Assembly (NCBI GenBank): GCA_963674755.2
Contig: CAXXVS010000003.1
Span: 384,001-448,000 of the forward strand
Direction of reading: 5' to 3'
DNA: 64,000 bases
Source of the DNA: Desulfobacterales bacterium
Lineage (GTDB): Bacteria; Desulfobacterota; Desulfobacteria; Desulfobacterales; UBA5852
Shown: positions 19,521 through 29,438 of the stretch, in pieces
Position numbering within the stretch: the first letter of the stretch is position 1
Layout of the letters: each line of letters opens with the position of its first letter
The notes under the pieces: generated by a model
What the model was told of the DNA's origin: nothing
Databases searched by the model: none
Seen by the model: the letters and a program-made list of their open reading frames with translations, nothing else
Position numbers and translations under genes: made by a program

Positions 19521-21131
19521 TTACTTCAACCATACGTTTTTCAGCCGCACCGATGACGTGGGATGCAGCAGGAAGTTGTGGACCGACTTCTGGGCCGGCC
19601 AGATGACGGTGGAGTGCGCTATCGCGATGGCCGGACATTCGTCGAAGAAGATCTGCTCCGCTTGCCGATAGATCTTATCGCGCTTGTCCTGATCGATGGT
19701 TTCGCGACCCTTGACCATCAGGTCGTGGTATGCGTCGTTGATCCACTGGGTTCGGATGGCAGTGGAAGCCTTGCCGTCGAACAGGACTGCCAGGAAGTTG
19801 TCCGGGTCACCGTTGTCGCCGGTCCATCCCAGCTGGAAGAGATCCATGTCTTCCGGTTGTTCGCGCTGGCGTTTGAGGTAGGTGCCCCATTCATAGGTCA
19901 CTACCTTGGCCGTGATGCCCACTTTGGCCAGGTCGGCCGCCATGGCCTCGCCGATTTTCACGCCGTCGGGGTTGTAGGGACGGGGCACCGGCATGGACCA
20001 CAGGTTGATCTCGCCCAGGCCCTTGCCGTCGGGATAGCCGGCTTCCGTCAAAAGCTTCTTGGCCAAGGCGGGATCATAGCTATAACCCGGGATTCGCTCG
20101 TTGAAGCCCCACATGGTGGGCGGAATGGGGTTCTTGGCCACCTGGCCCATGCCCTGATACAAATTGTCCACGATGGCCTGGCGGTTGAGGGCGTGCGCGA
20201 TGGCCTTGCGCAGCTTGACGTTGCTCTTCCAGGGCTCTTTTGTATGGTTGAAAGACAGGTAGCCGATGTTCATACCGGGCTGGGTGGGCAGAATAAGGTT
20301 GGCGTCCTTTTTGGCCAGGGCGATGTCCTGGGGGTTGGGGAACTGGCAGATGTGGATGTTGCCGGTTTTCAGCTCCAGGAAACGAACCGAGTTTTCGGGG
20401 ATGGAGCGGAAAATCACCTTGTCCAGATAGGGACCGCCGGTTTTGTCCCAGTAGCCGTCGAACTTTTCAAGGGTAATACGGTCATCCTTGATCCAGTTGA
20501 CGAACTTGAACGGGCCGGTGCCCACCGGGTTGCGCAGGAATTCCTTGGGATTTTCCAAGAAGGCCGTGGGGCTGATGATGTCGGCGAAGTCCATGCCCAG
20601 ATTGGCCAGGAAGGGGGCATTGACCTGTTTCAGTTTGAAGACCACGGTGTAATCGTCGACCGCCTCGATGCTGCCCACGATGTCGTCCATTTCCATGGAG
20701 ACCCAGTACTCCGGGGGGCGTTCCTGGGCCGGGATCTCATAACCGGCCCCCACAAATTTGACCTGGCGGTCTTTCATCATGCGGCCGATAGAGAACACTA
20801 CCGCATTGGCGTTGAAATCGGTGCCGTCATGAAACTTAACGCCCTTGCGCAGATGAAACGTGTAAGTTTTGCCGTCCGGGGAAATGTCCCAGGATTCGGC
20901 CAGCCCGGGTTCCAAGGCGGTGGATTCATCCGCATAGAAGATCAGGGCTTCGAAAACGTTGTCGCAAACCATGAAGGAGTTGCCGTCGGTTTCATAGGCC
21001 GGGTCCAGCCCGACGCTGTCGCCGCCGCGGCCGAAAACCAGGGTTCCTCCTTTTTGCGGGGTCGCGGCCATGGCCGTTCCGGCCAATACCAAAGCCAGAA
21101 TACAAAGCACCACCCAAAGCGTCCTTCTCAT
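19521..21131 (-). CDS. dppA: Dipeptide ABC substrate-binding protein (family 5)
   Basis: Signal peptide; PGLAESW, YTFHLRKGVKFHDG, PVGTGPF, MPVPRPYNP, GWTGDNGDPDNF. Confidence 0.92.
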   Translation of the reverse strand: MRRTLWVVLCILALVLAGTAMAATPQKGGTLVFGRGGDSVGLDPAYETDGNSFMVCDNVFEALIFYADESTALEPGLAESWDISPDGKTYTFHLRKGVKFHDGTDFNANAVVFSIGRMMKDRQVKFVGAGYEIPAQERPPEYWVSMEMDDIVGSIEAVDDYTVVFKLKQVNAPFLANLGMDFADIISPTAFLENPKEFLRNPVGTGPFKFVNWIKDDRITLEKFDGYWDKTGGPYLDKVIFRSIPENSVRFLELKTGNIHICQFPNPQDIALAKKDANLILPTQPGMNIGYLSFNHTKEPWKSNVKLRKAIAHALNRQAIVDNLYQGMGQVAKNPIPPTMWGFNERIPGYSYDPALAKKLLTEAGYPDGKGLGEINLWSMPVPRPYNPDGVKIGEAMAADLAKVGITAKVVTYEWGTYLKRQREQPEDMDLFQLGWTGDNGDPDNFLAVLFDGKASTAIRTQWINDAYHDLMVKGRETIDQDKRDKIYRQAEQIFFDECPAIAIAHSTVIWPAQKSVHNFLLHPTSSVRLKNVWLK

Positions 21132-21207
21132 GTGTTCCTCCTTTCGCTGATGAAACAGATATGTCATCCCAAACCGCCAACAGCAAATACTGCTGAAAAA
21201 GCGTTAG

Positions 21208-21236
21208 AGGCTAACGTATTCTGAACACTTTGTCAA
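21208..21236 (-). promoter_or_regulatory. Candidate sigma70 promoter of dpp operon
   Basis: TTGACA-N17-TAGCCT on the minus strand. Confidence 0.55.
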
Positions 21237-21456
21237 AAAATATAACGTCGTTTAGCGGCTATAGCGACTACCAGCTTAAGGCCGCTCGGCATTGTCGTCC
21301 CATATTGACTGAACGGCGCCGGTCTTGAAAAGGGTTGACTTGGAAGATCGAAAGAGTTTATGAGATTCATGCTCTGAAGCAGATTTATCCTTCGTCAGAG
21401 GCAATGGTTGCCTAATCCGATATCCGAAGCTCCCCAGCGAGGCGAATTTTTCAACC

Positions 21457-22017
21457 GTGAATCCCTCACCTGCTAATCGATCTGCGAACCGGACGCCCTC
21501 ATCCCCGCCCCGTCCCCCCCAGCGCAGACGATCTTTTGCCCCTTATATCCTGACCTTTCTGGTTTCCATGCTGACCTGGGTGGTGCTTTCGGGAAAGTTT
21601 GATGCCTTTCATCTGACCCTGGGGGTTATCTCCTGCGGCATCGTGGCCTTCGCCTCCGGTGACCTTCTATTTTCCGCCCAAAACGTGAAACGCCTGCCGG
21701 GTGAATGGCTACGTTTCATCGTCTATGTGCCATGGCTGCTCTACGAGATTTTCCGCGCCAATATCCATGTCATGCGTCTGGTGTTTCATCCGCGCATGAT
21801 GGACGTGATCAATCCGCAGATGATTAAATTCAACAGCCGCCTGGAAAGCGAAATGGCGCGTTTCATCTATGCCAATTCCATTACGCTGACGCCCGGAACC
21901 ATCACTGTCTATGTGTCCCTTTACGGGGCCTATACCGTGCATGCCATCGACGATGCTTCGGCGCAAGGTCTGCCGGGCGAGATGGAGTCCCGGGTGGCGG
22001 CCATTTTCGGCGAGTGA
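21457..22017 (+). CDS. mnhE: Mrp/Mnh Na+/H+ antiporter subunit E
   Basis: ANIHV, ANSITLTPGTITV, VHAID motifs; exact start uncertain. Confidence 0.9.
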   Translation: MNPSPANRSANRTPSSPPRPPQRRRSFAPYILTFLVSMLTWVVLSGKFDAFHLTLGVISCGIVAFASGDLLFSAQNVKRLPGEWLRFIVYVPWLLYEIFRANIHVMRLVFHPRMMDVINPQMIKFNSRLESEMARFIYANSITLTPGTITVYVSLYGAYTVHAIDDASAQGLPGEMESRVAAIFGE

Positions 22018-22020
22018 ATC

Positions 22021-22308
22021 ATGCACGACGTCTTTCTATACGCGAGCGTGTTTTTATGCGGGGTAATGGTGCTTTCCCTGTACCGGGCGGTTTTCGGCCC
22101 CACCGTCCTGGATCGCCTGATCGGCGTGAATGCCATTGGCAGCAAAACGACCGTGCTCCTGATCCTGATCGGCCTGCTCTATGACCGTGTCGACATGTTC
22201 GTCGACATTGCCCTGGCCTACGCCACCCTGAACTTCATCGCGGTTTTGGCGGCTTCCCGTTATTTCCAGAAAAGGAAAGGTCTCTACGACGAGACGGGAA
22301 GCCGGTAG
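22021..22308 (+). CDS. mnhF: Mrp/Mnh subunit F
   Basis: GPTVLDRL, DIALAYA.LNF; 3 TMs. Confidence 0.9.
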   Translation: MHDVFLYASVFLCGVMVLSLYRAVFGPTVLDRLIGVNAIGSKTTVLLILIGLLYDRVDMFVDIALAYATLNFIAVLAASRYFQKRKGLYDETGSR

Positions 22309-22371
22309 CTGGGCCACGGCCCGCATCACGCGCCGGATACCTCAACAGGCACGGCTCCGGATTCCGGGGAG

Positions 22372-22716
22372 ATGGACATGAGTGTCTTCAGTCTGATCGT
22401 CATCTTTTTACTGATCGCCGGGCTTTTCTTCTTTTTTGCCGGGGCGGTGGGCATTTTGCGCTTTCCCGATTTCTACTCCCGACTGCACCCCGCCGGCAAG
22501 CTGGACACCATGGGTCTGTTCGCCTCGATGATCGCCATGGCCCTGTGGGTTGCCCACGAAGGGACCATCGACGCAGTTCTGACCGCGCTGAAGATCCTTT
22601 TAATCGTGGCCTTCGTGTTTATCACCAGCCCTACGGCAACCCATGCCATCGTTGATGCCGGGGTACGGGCCGGGATGCTGCCCTGGACCAGAGACAACAG
22701 CGAGGACAAAGCATGA
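22372..22716 (+). CDS. mnhG: Mrp/Mnh subunit G
   Basis: GILRFPDFYSRLH, DTMG, TSPTATHAI. Confidence 0.92.
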   Translation: MDMSVFSLIVIFLLIAGLFFFFAGAVGILRFPDFYSRLHPAGKLDTMGLFASMIAMALWVAHEGTIDAVLTALKILLIVAFVFITSPTATHAIVDAGVRAGMLPWTRDNSEDKA

Positions 22717-22958
22717 TTTGGCCGGTGGATCTCATTATCATGGTGCTCGTGATGATTTGCGGCATCGCGGCCATCAACGTGCGTGATCTGTTGGGGGCCG
22801 CGATTTTATTCGGGGCTTACAGCTTCATGATGTGCCTGTTGTGGGCCATTATGGGGGCGGTGGACGTGGCCTTTACGGAAGCCTCCGTGGGCGCCGGTGT
22901 GAGCACGGTTTTTTTTGTGGCGGCGGTGTTCCGTACCTCCAGGAGGACCAAGGATTGA
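22713..22958 (+). CDS. Mrp-associated DUF4040-type subunit (separate MrpA C-terminal/MrpB-related piece)
   Basis: DLLGAAI, AVDVAFTEASVGAG motif; ATGA overlap with mnhG. Confidence 0.85.
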   Translation: MIWPVDLIIMVLVMICGIAAINVRDLLGAAILFGAYSFMMCLLWAIMGAVDVAFTEASVGAGVSTVFFVAAVFRTSRRTKD

Positions 22959-23785
22959 AAGCGTTTGCCCTGATAACGGTTCTCGTGCTTGGCGGGCTGC
23001 TGTTCTACGCGACGCCCGATTTCCCGTCCTGGGGCGATTCCGAATCCCCGGCCAGCCGGCATGTATCCCCCTACTACATCGAACACGCCATGGAAGACAC
23101 GGCCGTACCCAACGTCGTCACCGCGGTCCTGGCGGATTACCGCGGCTACGATACCATGTTCGAGACGTCGGTGATCTTTTCGGCCGGTATCGCCTGCCTT
23201 TTCCTGCTGCGGGTCTATCGGCGCAAATCGGACCAGACCCGGCTCTACCGTCATGTGCACACCGGCATCACCCTGCGGATCGCCAAGGGGGGTAAACTGC
23301 CCGAGAATACCGATGAGTTCGAACGCATCGACTCGCTTTGGGTGCCGTATGATTTGATCATCAAGGTCTGCAGCCGCCTGATCGTGCCTTTTGTTCAGCT
23401 GTTTGCCCTCTACGTGATCGCCCACGGCCACCACTCCCCCGGGGGTGGTTTCCAGGGAGGGGTCATCTTCGGGGCGGCCATCATTCTATATGCCATTTCC
23501 AACGACTTGCGCCGCGCGTTCCGGCGGCTGAACGAGAGGGCCGCCCTGCTGGCCAGTGCCGTGGGCGTTCTGATTTACGTCGGCACCGGCCTGCTGTGCC
23601 TGCTCCTGGGGGGTAAATTTCTCGATTACGGTAAGCTGGCGGATCTCCTCCACACCAATGCCATCATGGCCCGCTCCCACGGCATCCTCATCGTCGAAGT
23701 CGGCGTGGGGTTGGCCGTCATGGCCGTCATGGTATCGCTTTACTACAATCTGTCGTCCGCCGGCCGGCATGACGAAGGGCTGTAA
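22955..23785 (+). CDS. mnhB: Mrp/Mnh subunit B
   Basis: PNVVTAVLADYRGYDTMFE plus HGHHSPGGGFQGG. TTG start overlaps the upstream TGA (TTGA). Confidence 0.88.
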   Translation: MKAFALITVLVLGGLLFYATPDFPSWGDSESPASRHVSPYYIEHAMEDTAVPNVVTAVLADYRGYDTMFETSVIFSAGIACLFLLRVYRRKSDQTRLYRHVHTGITLRIAKGGKLPENTDEFERIDSLWVPYDLIIKVCSRLIVPFVQLFALYVIAHGHHSPGGGFQGGVIFGAAIILYAISNDLRRAFRRLNERAALLASAVGVLIYVGTGLLCLLLGGKFLDYGKLADLLHTNAIMARSHGILIVEVGVGLAVMAVMVSLYYNLSSAGRHDEGL

Positions 23786-23787
23786 GC

Positions 23788-24186
23788 ATGGAAAGCCTGC
23801 TGACCAACTTTCTCGCCAAGTACAACTACTGGGTCTACATCGGCCTGGTGATGATCGGGATGTATGCCATGATTGCCAAACGCAATCTGGTCAAAAAGAT
23901 CGTCGGCATGAACATCGTTCAGACCGCGGTGATTCTTTTTTACGTCTCCATCGGTGCCAAGAAAGGCAAAATGCTGCCGATCATCGCCCATGGGCACGGG
24001 GAGTCCGGACACCAGGCCGTCCATGCCATCGATTATATCAATCCGCTGCCCCACGTGCTGATGCTGACCGCCATCGTCGTTTCGGTGGCCACCCTTGGGG
24101 TCGCCCTGGCGCTGACGATCAAGATCTATCGACGTTACGGCACGCTGGAGGAAGATGAAATCGCCCAACGGATAAATGAGCCATGA
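23788..24186 (+). CDS. mnhC: Mrp/Mnh subunit C
   Basis: NLVKKIVG, NPLPHVLMLTAIVV. Confidence 0.92.
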   Translation: MESLLTNFLAKYNYWVYIGLVMIGMYAMIAKRNLVKKIVGMNIVQTAVILFYVSIGAKKGKMLPIIAHGHGESGHQAVHAIDYINPLPHVLMLTAIVVSVATLGVALALTIKIYRRYGTLEEDEIAQRINEP

Positions 24187-25688
24187 GCGCGCATTACCCC
24201 GCACTTGTCGTTGTCATTCCTTTGGTGGCGGCCTTTCTGGTCCTGATCGGATCGCTGCTGAATAAACGCCTGGCCTTCCCACTGGCCGCCCTGGCGCTGC
24301 TCGGAGCGTTGCTGGCCTCCATCGGGCTGCTGATCCGTGTCATGCAGGTCGGTGTGGTGGAATATCATCTGGCCGGCTGGGCGCCCCCGATCGGTATCGC
24401 CTATCGGGTGGATCATCTGAATGCCCTCGTTCTGGTGGCCGTCGCGAGCGTGGCCTTTATCAATCTCCTGGGTACACGACCGCTGGTGGCGGACCTCTTC
24501 GAAGATCGTTTGGGCCCCTTCTACACCCTCTATGTCCTTCTGGTGACCGGCCTGCTGGGCATCGTGGTCACCGGTGATGCGTTCAACCTTTACGTGCTGC
24601 TGGAAATCGCCGCGTTGACAGGCTACGCCCTGGTGGGCATGGGGGAGGGGCGCGCCCCGCTGGCCAGCCTGAATTACATCTTCATGGGCACGGTGGGCGC
24701 CAGTTTTTATCTCCTGGGGATAGGCTATCTCTACCTCGTCACGGGTACCCTGAACATGGCGGATCTGGCCGCACGTCTGCCGGCCCTCTATCCATCCCGC
24801 GTGGTGGTGTCGGCATTTGTGATTTGCCTGGCAGGGCTTTGCCTGAAGATGGGTTTTTTTCCCCTGCATGCCTGGCTGCCCAACGCCTATTCCCATGCCC
24901 CGGACCCGGTGAGCAGCCTGGTGGCCCCCTTGATGACCAAGGTGATGGTCTATGTCATGGTCCGGATCATGCTGTTTGTCTTCACGCCGGCCTTTGCTTT
25001 CGACCTGATGACCATCAGCGCTCCCATGGTGTGGCTGGCTGTCATCGCCATTGTGGCCGGATCGTTCCTGGCCCTGTCCACAAGACGCATCAAGCGCATG
25101 CTGACCTACATCATCGTGGCCGAAGTGGGCTACATGGTGGGAGGCTTCTGGCTGGGCAACCGCCTGGGGATATCCGGTGCGATCCTGCACATCATCAACG
25201 ATGCCGTCATGACCTTGTGTGTTTTTCTGACGGCCGCGGCCATCATCGCGCGGACCGGCAGCGACCGTATCGACGACATGCAGGGCCTGTTTAAAAAAAT
25301 GCCGGTCACCATGGCGGTTTTCGTGATCGCGGGCTTATCGATTATCGGCGTTCCACCGACGTGCGGCTTTTTCAGCAAGTGGTACCTGATCTCGGGCGCG
25401 CTGGCCGCCGGTCAGTACGGTTTCGTGGGCGCTTTGCTGCTGAGCAGCCTGATCAATCTCGTGTTGTTTTTCCGCATTTTCGAAATCGCCTATTTCGAAC
25501 CCTTCGAGGCGCAGCACGGCGAACATTCCCCGGGGCCCGGCAGGGTGCTCTCCGAGGTGCAGGAGGCCCCTCTCGAGACACTGGCGCCGCTGGTGGTGAC
25601 CGCCGGGCTTCTCTTTGCGCTGGGGATCTATGCCGGCGATATCGTCAGTCTGATCATCGATCAGGCCATACCGGTGGGGATCCTCTAG
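24183..25688 (+). CDS. mnhD: Mrp/Mnh subunit D (copy 1)
   Basis: GWAPPIGI, GDAFNLYVLLEI, KMGFFPLHAWLPNAY, IGVPPTCGFFSKW. Confidence 0.92.
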   Translation: MSAHYPALVVVIPLVAAFLVLIGSLLNKRLAFPLAALALLGALLASIGLLIRVMQVGVVEYHLAGWAPPIGIAYRVDHLNALVLVAVASVAFINLLGTRPLVADLFEDRLGPFYTLYVLLVTGLLGIVVTGDAFNLYVLLEIAALTGYALVGMGEGRAPLASLNYIFMGTVGASFYLLGIGYLYLVTGTLNMADLAARLPALYPSRVVVSAFVICLAGLCLKMGFFPLHAWLPNAYSHAPDPVSSLVAPLMTKVMVYVMVRIMLFVFTPAFAFDLMTISAPMVWLAVIAIVAGSFLALSTRRIKRMLTYIIVAEVGYMVGGFWLGNRLGISGAILHIINDAVMTLCVFLTAAAIIARTGSDRIDDMQGLFKKMPVTMAVFVIAGLSIIGVPPTCGFFSKWYLISGALAAGQYGFVGALLLSSLINLVLFFRIFEIAYFEPFEAQHGEHSPGPGRVLSEVQEAPLETLAPLVVTAGLLFALGIYAGDIVSLIIDQAIPVGIL

Positions 25689-25692
25689 CCCT

Positions 25693-27171
25693 ATGGATAC
25701 CTTGATTTCGATAAAGCCGCTGCTCGCCATCCTCGTCTCGCTGCTTGCGGTACCGCTGATCGCCACTAGCCGGTCCCCCAATGTGCGTGAAGGCTGGACA
25801 TTTCTGGCCGCCATCGTGAAGTTCGCCATCGTGGCATCCATGCTGCCGGCCGTCATGAGCGGCATGGAGATCTCCTACAAACTGGTGGAAGTGCTCCCGG
25901 GGCTTAGCATCGCCTTCCGGGTGGATGCCTTCGGAATGCTGTTCGCCCTGGTGGCCTCCTTTTTATGGATCATCACCTCGGCCTATTCCATCGGCTATAT
26001 GCGCGGTTTGGACGAGCATGCCCAGACCCGTTATTTCAGCTTTTTTGCGGTATCGCTGAGTGCGGCCGTGGGCGTGGCCTTTTCGGCCAATCTGCTGACC
26101 ATGTATCTGTTCTATGAAATGCTGTCCCTGGCCACCTATCCCCTGGTGACCCATCACCAGGACAAGGAGGCCCGGACATCGGGCCGCAAATACCTGCTCT
26201 ATACGGTGGGGGCTTCCATCGGTCTGGTGCTGCCGGCCATGCTGTTGACCTACCAGCTGACCGGAAGTCTGGATTTCAGCCCCCAGGGGGTTTTAGCGGG
26301 CAACGCTTCCCGCGGAACCGTGGCGCTTTTGTTGTTCATGTTCGTCTTCGGCTTTGCGAAGGCCGCCATCATGCCCTTTCATTCTTGGCTGCCGGCGGCC
26401 ATGGTAGCTCCCACGCCGGTCAGCGCGCTGCTGCATGCCGTGGCGGTGGTCAAGGTCGGGGTCTTCAGCATCGTGCGGGTCGTCACGGGCATCTTCGGCA
26501 CTGAGCTGCTTCATAACTTTGGTTTGAGTACGCCGTTGCTGTTCGTAGCCGCCACCACGATCCTGGTAGGCTCCTTCATCGCCCTGTCCCAGGATAATCT
26601 CAAGCGGATGCTGGCCTTTTCAACAATTGCCCAGCTTTCCTACATCGTGTTGGGCACGGCCCTGCTGACACCGAAGGGGGTGACCGGCGGCATGGTGCAT
26701 ATTGCCATGCATGCCTTCGGCAAGATCACGCTCTTTTTCTGTGCCGGCGCTATTTTCGTGGCGACCGGAAAAAAGAATATCAGCGAAATGACGGGCATCG
26801 GACGACGGATGCCGTTCACCATGCTGGCCTTTTTTTTCGGCGCGCTGAGCATCATCGGGATGCCGCCCTGCGGGGGCTTCCTCAGCAAATGGTATTTGGT
26901 CCTGGGCGCTCTGCAGGCCGATAAAATCGCGATTGTGGTGGTGCTGCTGTTCAGTTCCCTGCTGAATGCAGCCTACTTCATGCCGGTGGTCTACCGGGCC
27001 TTTTTCTGCCCGCCGGAAGAAGCCCTTTTTGAGGCCAGGATTCAGGAGGCGCCCTTTTTTTGTGTGGCCCCCCTCGTCATCACCGCCGTGATATCGATCG
27101 GGCTGCTGATCTATCCCCAGCCCTTTATGCAGCTGGCCACGATGGCGGCGGCCAAGTTTACAGGATTTTAA
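25693..27171 (+). CDS. Mrp/Mnh subunit D/A-like (copy 2)
   Basis: KAAIMPFHSWLPAAMVAPTPVSALLHAVAVVK, QDNLKRMLAFST, HAFGK. Confidence 0.9.
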   Translation: MDTLISIKPLLAILVSLLAVPLIATSRSPNVREGWTFLAAIVKFAIVASMLPAVMSGMEISYKLVEVLPGLSIAFRVDAFGMLFALVASFLWIITSAYSIGYMRGLDEHAQTRYFSFFAVSLSAAVGVAFSANLLTMYLFYEMLSLATYPLVTHHQDKEARTSGRKYLLYTVGASIGLVLPAMLLTYQLTGSLDFSPQGVLAGNASRGTVALLLFMFVFGFAKAAIMPFHSWLPAAMVAPTPVSALLHAVAVVKVGVFSIVRVVTGIFGTELLHNFGLSTPLLFVAATTILVGSFIALSQDNLKRMLAFSTIAQLSYIVLGTALLTPKGVTGGMVHIAMHAFGKITLFFCAGAIFVATGKKNISEMTGIGRRMPFTMLAFFFGALSIIGMPPCGGFLSKWYLVLGALQADKIAIVVVLLFSSLLNAAYFMPVVYRAFFCPPEEALFEARIQEAPFFCVAPLVITAVISIGLLIYPQPFMQLATMAAAKFTGF

Positions 27172-27174
27172 GCC

Positions 27175-27303
27175 ATGCCCGAAGAGCATGAAGAATTGAT
27201 GGAACTCACGCACGACTCCGTACCGGGTTATCGCCCGATTTTTTTCGTGGCGATAACGGTGGGGCTCGTTTATCTGGGTGTCATTCTCTTCAACACCTTG
27301 TAA
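27175..27303 (+). CDS. 42-aa single-TM small protein inside the Mrp operon (not in ORF track)
   Basis: ATG 3 nt after the previous stop; MPEEHEELMELTHDSVPGYRPIFFVAITVGLVYLGVILFNTL*; fills the intergenic gap. Confidence 0.65.
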   Translation: MPEEHEELMELTHDSVPGYRPIFFVAITVGLVYLGVILFNTL

Positions 27304-27351
27304 GGGCGGCGTCAATGCCTCGCGCCGCAAACGGTTTGGGAGAACCGCAAC

Positions 27352-27612
27352 ATGACGTCGAAACCGACGGAAGAGAAAACCTACCTGTTCGATAAGCCGA
27401 AAAACGTCAAACGGGTTTTCATTTTTTTCTATTCAGCGCTGGTGGTGCTGTTGATCGCCGAGTTCTTTGTCCACAAGCATCCCCATTTCCCGTGGGAGGC
27501 ATGGTGGGGCTTTTATGCGGTCTATGGCTTTGTGGCCTGCGTCCTGCTGGTGCTGGCCGCCAAATACATCTTGCGGCCGCTGGTCAAGCGGCCGGAGGAC
27601 TACTATGATTAG
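27352..27612 (+). CDS. Small 2-TM membrane protein of the Mrp cluster
   Basis: GGAG SD; two hydrophobic segments; C-terminal RPLVKRPEDYYD overlaps the start of the next gene. Confidence 0.8.
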   Translation: MTSKPTEEKTYLFDKPKNVKRVFIFFYSALVVLLIAEFFVHKHPHFPWEAWWGFYAVYGFVACVLLVLAAKYILRPLVKRPEDYYD

Positions 27613-29386
27613 TCCCATCCCGCCGGCGTTCGTGTTCATCATCGGCGCCCTGGTCATCTCATTTTTAAGGGGCAATCTGCGGCGCGGCGTGATGCTGCTC
27701 CTGCCGGTTCTGGCCTTTATCGACCTGCTTCAACTGCCGGCCGGAAACAGCTGGGTGGTTTCGTTTCTGGGCCAGGAACTGGTGTTGTCCCGGATCGATC
27801 GGCTTTCGCTCATCTTCGGTTATATTTTTATTCTGATCGGCCTGATCACCACCATCTATGCACTGCATGTGGAAGATACCCTGCAAAACATGGCCGGTCT
27901 GATGTATACCGGCAGTGCTCTGGGCGTGGTCTTTGCCGGGGACCTCTTCACCTTTTTTATCTTCTGGGAATTGTTGACGGTTTTCTGCGTTCAACTCATA
28001 TGGGGGCGCCGCACCAAGAAGGCCGAGGGCGCCGGCTTTCGTTATCTTCTGTTCCATGTCGTGGGGGGATTGGTTCTGCTGGCGGGCATCGTGCTCCGGG
28101 TCAACCATACCGGCTCGCTCGCATTCAGCTTGATCGGCTTGGACGGGGGCCCGGGCTCTCTGCTGATTTTCCTGGGGATGGGGATCAACTGCGCCTGGCC
28201 GTTTTTGCATACCTGGCTGTCCGATTCCTATCCCGAGGCCACCATTACGGGGACCATTTTTCTGAGCGCCTTCACCACCAAGGCCGCCGTATACGCTTTG
28301 GCGCGGGCCTTTCCCGGTGCGACGCCGCTGATCTGGCTCGGTGCTATCATGGCCGGCTTCCCCATTTTCTTTGCGGTCATCGAAAACGACCTGCGGCGCG
28401 TGTTGGCTTACAGCCTGATCAATCAGGTGGGCTTCATGGTCTGCGGCATCGGCATCGGCACCCAGTTGGCGATCAATGGGGCCGTGGCCCACGCCTTCAA
28501 CGATATCCTGTTCAAGGGGCTTTTATTCATGACGATGGGGGCGGTCATGTACCGCACCGGCAAGATCAACGCCACGGATTTGGGGGGGCTCTACCGCACC
28601 ATGCCACTGACCTGTCTTTTCTGCATTGTCGGTGCGGCTTCGATTTCCGCCTTTCCTCTGTTTAGCGGGTTCGTCAGCAAATCCATGGTGATGGATGCCG
28701 CCGGAAGCGAGCATCTGCGGCTGATCTGGTTCATTCTGCTGTTTGCCTCGGCGGGTGTGTTTCACCATGCCGGAATCAAGATTCCCTACTTCGCCTTTTT
28801 TTCCCATGATTCCGGCCTGCGGCCCAAAGAGGCCCCTCTGCACATGCTCATTGCCATGGGGTTGGCCGCTTTTTTGTGCATTTTCAACGGCTCGTTTCCG
28901 CATTTCCTTTACAGCCTTCTGCCGTACCAGCCGGTGGGCTATGAACCGTACAACTTTCCCCACGTGCTGGCTCAGACCCAGATTTTGTTTTTTTCCGCCC
29001 TGGCGTTCGCGCTTCTTTTGCTTTCGGGCATTTACCCGGCTGAAATCCGTTGTATCAACCTGGATGCGGACTGGTTTTACCGCAAGGGGGGGCGTCTTTT
29101 TTACCGGTTGGCGGATGTCTGTTTCAACACCCTCAACCGGGTGTGCGACCAATGGCTGGCCAAGGGACTGACCGGTGGGATCAATCAATTCTGCCGCCAC
29201 GCGCCGGCGCGCATCAGTGCCTGGCTGTTATTGCCCTTTTATCGCTTGGTGGCCCCTGGCGGCGCCGACGCCTCCCGGCGTTTTGGCAAGGCGATTCAGG
29301 ACGCGTTCGACAACGGTGTCATCCCGATCGGCTTGAGCGCCGCGATATCCGGGCTGTTTCTGCTAGTGCTCTTTTATCTTAAATGA
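27605..29386 (+). CDS. Mrp/Mnh subunit D/A-like (copy 3)
   Basis: FIFWEL, LHTWLSDSYPEAT, LSAFTTK, ENDLRRVLAYS, HAFNDILFKGLLFM, FPLFSGFVSK. ATG at 27605. Confidence 0.9.
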   Translation: MISPIPPAFVFIIGALVISFLRGNLRRGVMLLLPVLAFIDLLQLPAGNSWVVSFLGQELVLSRIDRLSLIFGYIFILIGLITTIYALHVEDTLQNMAGLMYTGSALGVVFAGDLFTFFIFWELLTVFCVQLIWGRRTKKAEGAGFRYLLFHVVGGLVLLAGIVLRVNHTGSLAFSLIGLDGGPGSLLIFLGMGINCAWPFLHTWLSDSYPEATITGTIFLSAFTTKAAVYALARAFPGATPLIWLGAIMAGFPIFFAVIENDLRRVLAYSLINQVGFMVCGIGIGTQLAINGAVAHAFNDILFKGLLFMTMGAVMYRTGKINATDLGGLYRTMPLTCLFCIVGAASISAFPLFSGFVSKSMVMDAAGSEHLRLIWFILLFASAGVFHHAGIKIPYFAFFSHDSGLRPKEAPLHMLIAMGLAAFLCIFNGSFPHFLYSLLPYQPVGYEPYNFPHVLAQTQILFFSALAFALLLLSGIYPAEIRCINLDADWFYRKGGRLFYRLADVCFNTLNRVCDQWLAKGLTGGINQFCRHAPARISAWLLLPFYRLVAPGGADASRRFGKAIQDAFDNGVIPIGLSAAISGLFLLVLFYLK

Positions 29387-29438
29387 GGATTTTGTCATAC
29401 GCCGCCAGACGCCTGCGGCTGCCCAGAGGTGAACATCT

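Noticed and set aside
19563..21224. Long antisense ORFs (553 aa here; also 47273-49051, 32396-33640, 34938-36125, 30856-31941, 57095-58099, 53007-53960)
   Set aside because: They mirror well-supported genes on the opposite strand and have no recognisable motifs; expected shadow ORFs from GC-rich codon bias.
21300..21456. Possible Na+/Li+ riboswitch upstream of the Mrp operon
   Set aside because: No motif I can match by eye; an Infernal search would be needed.
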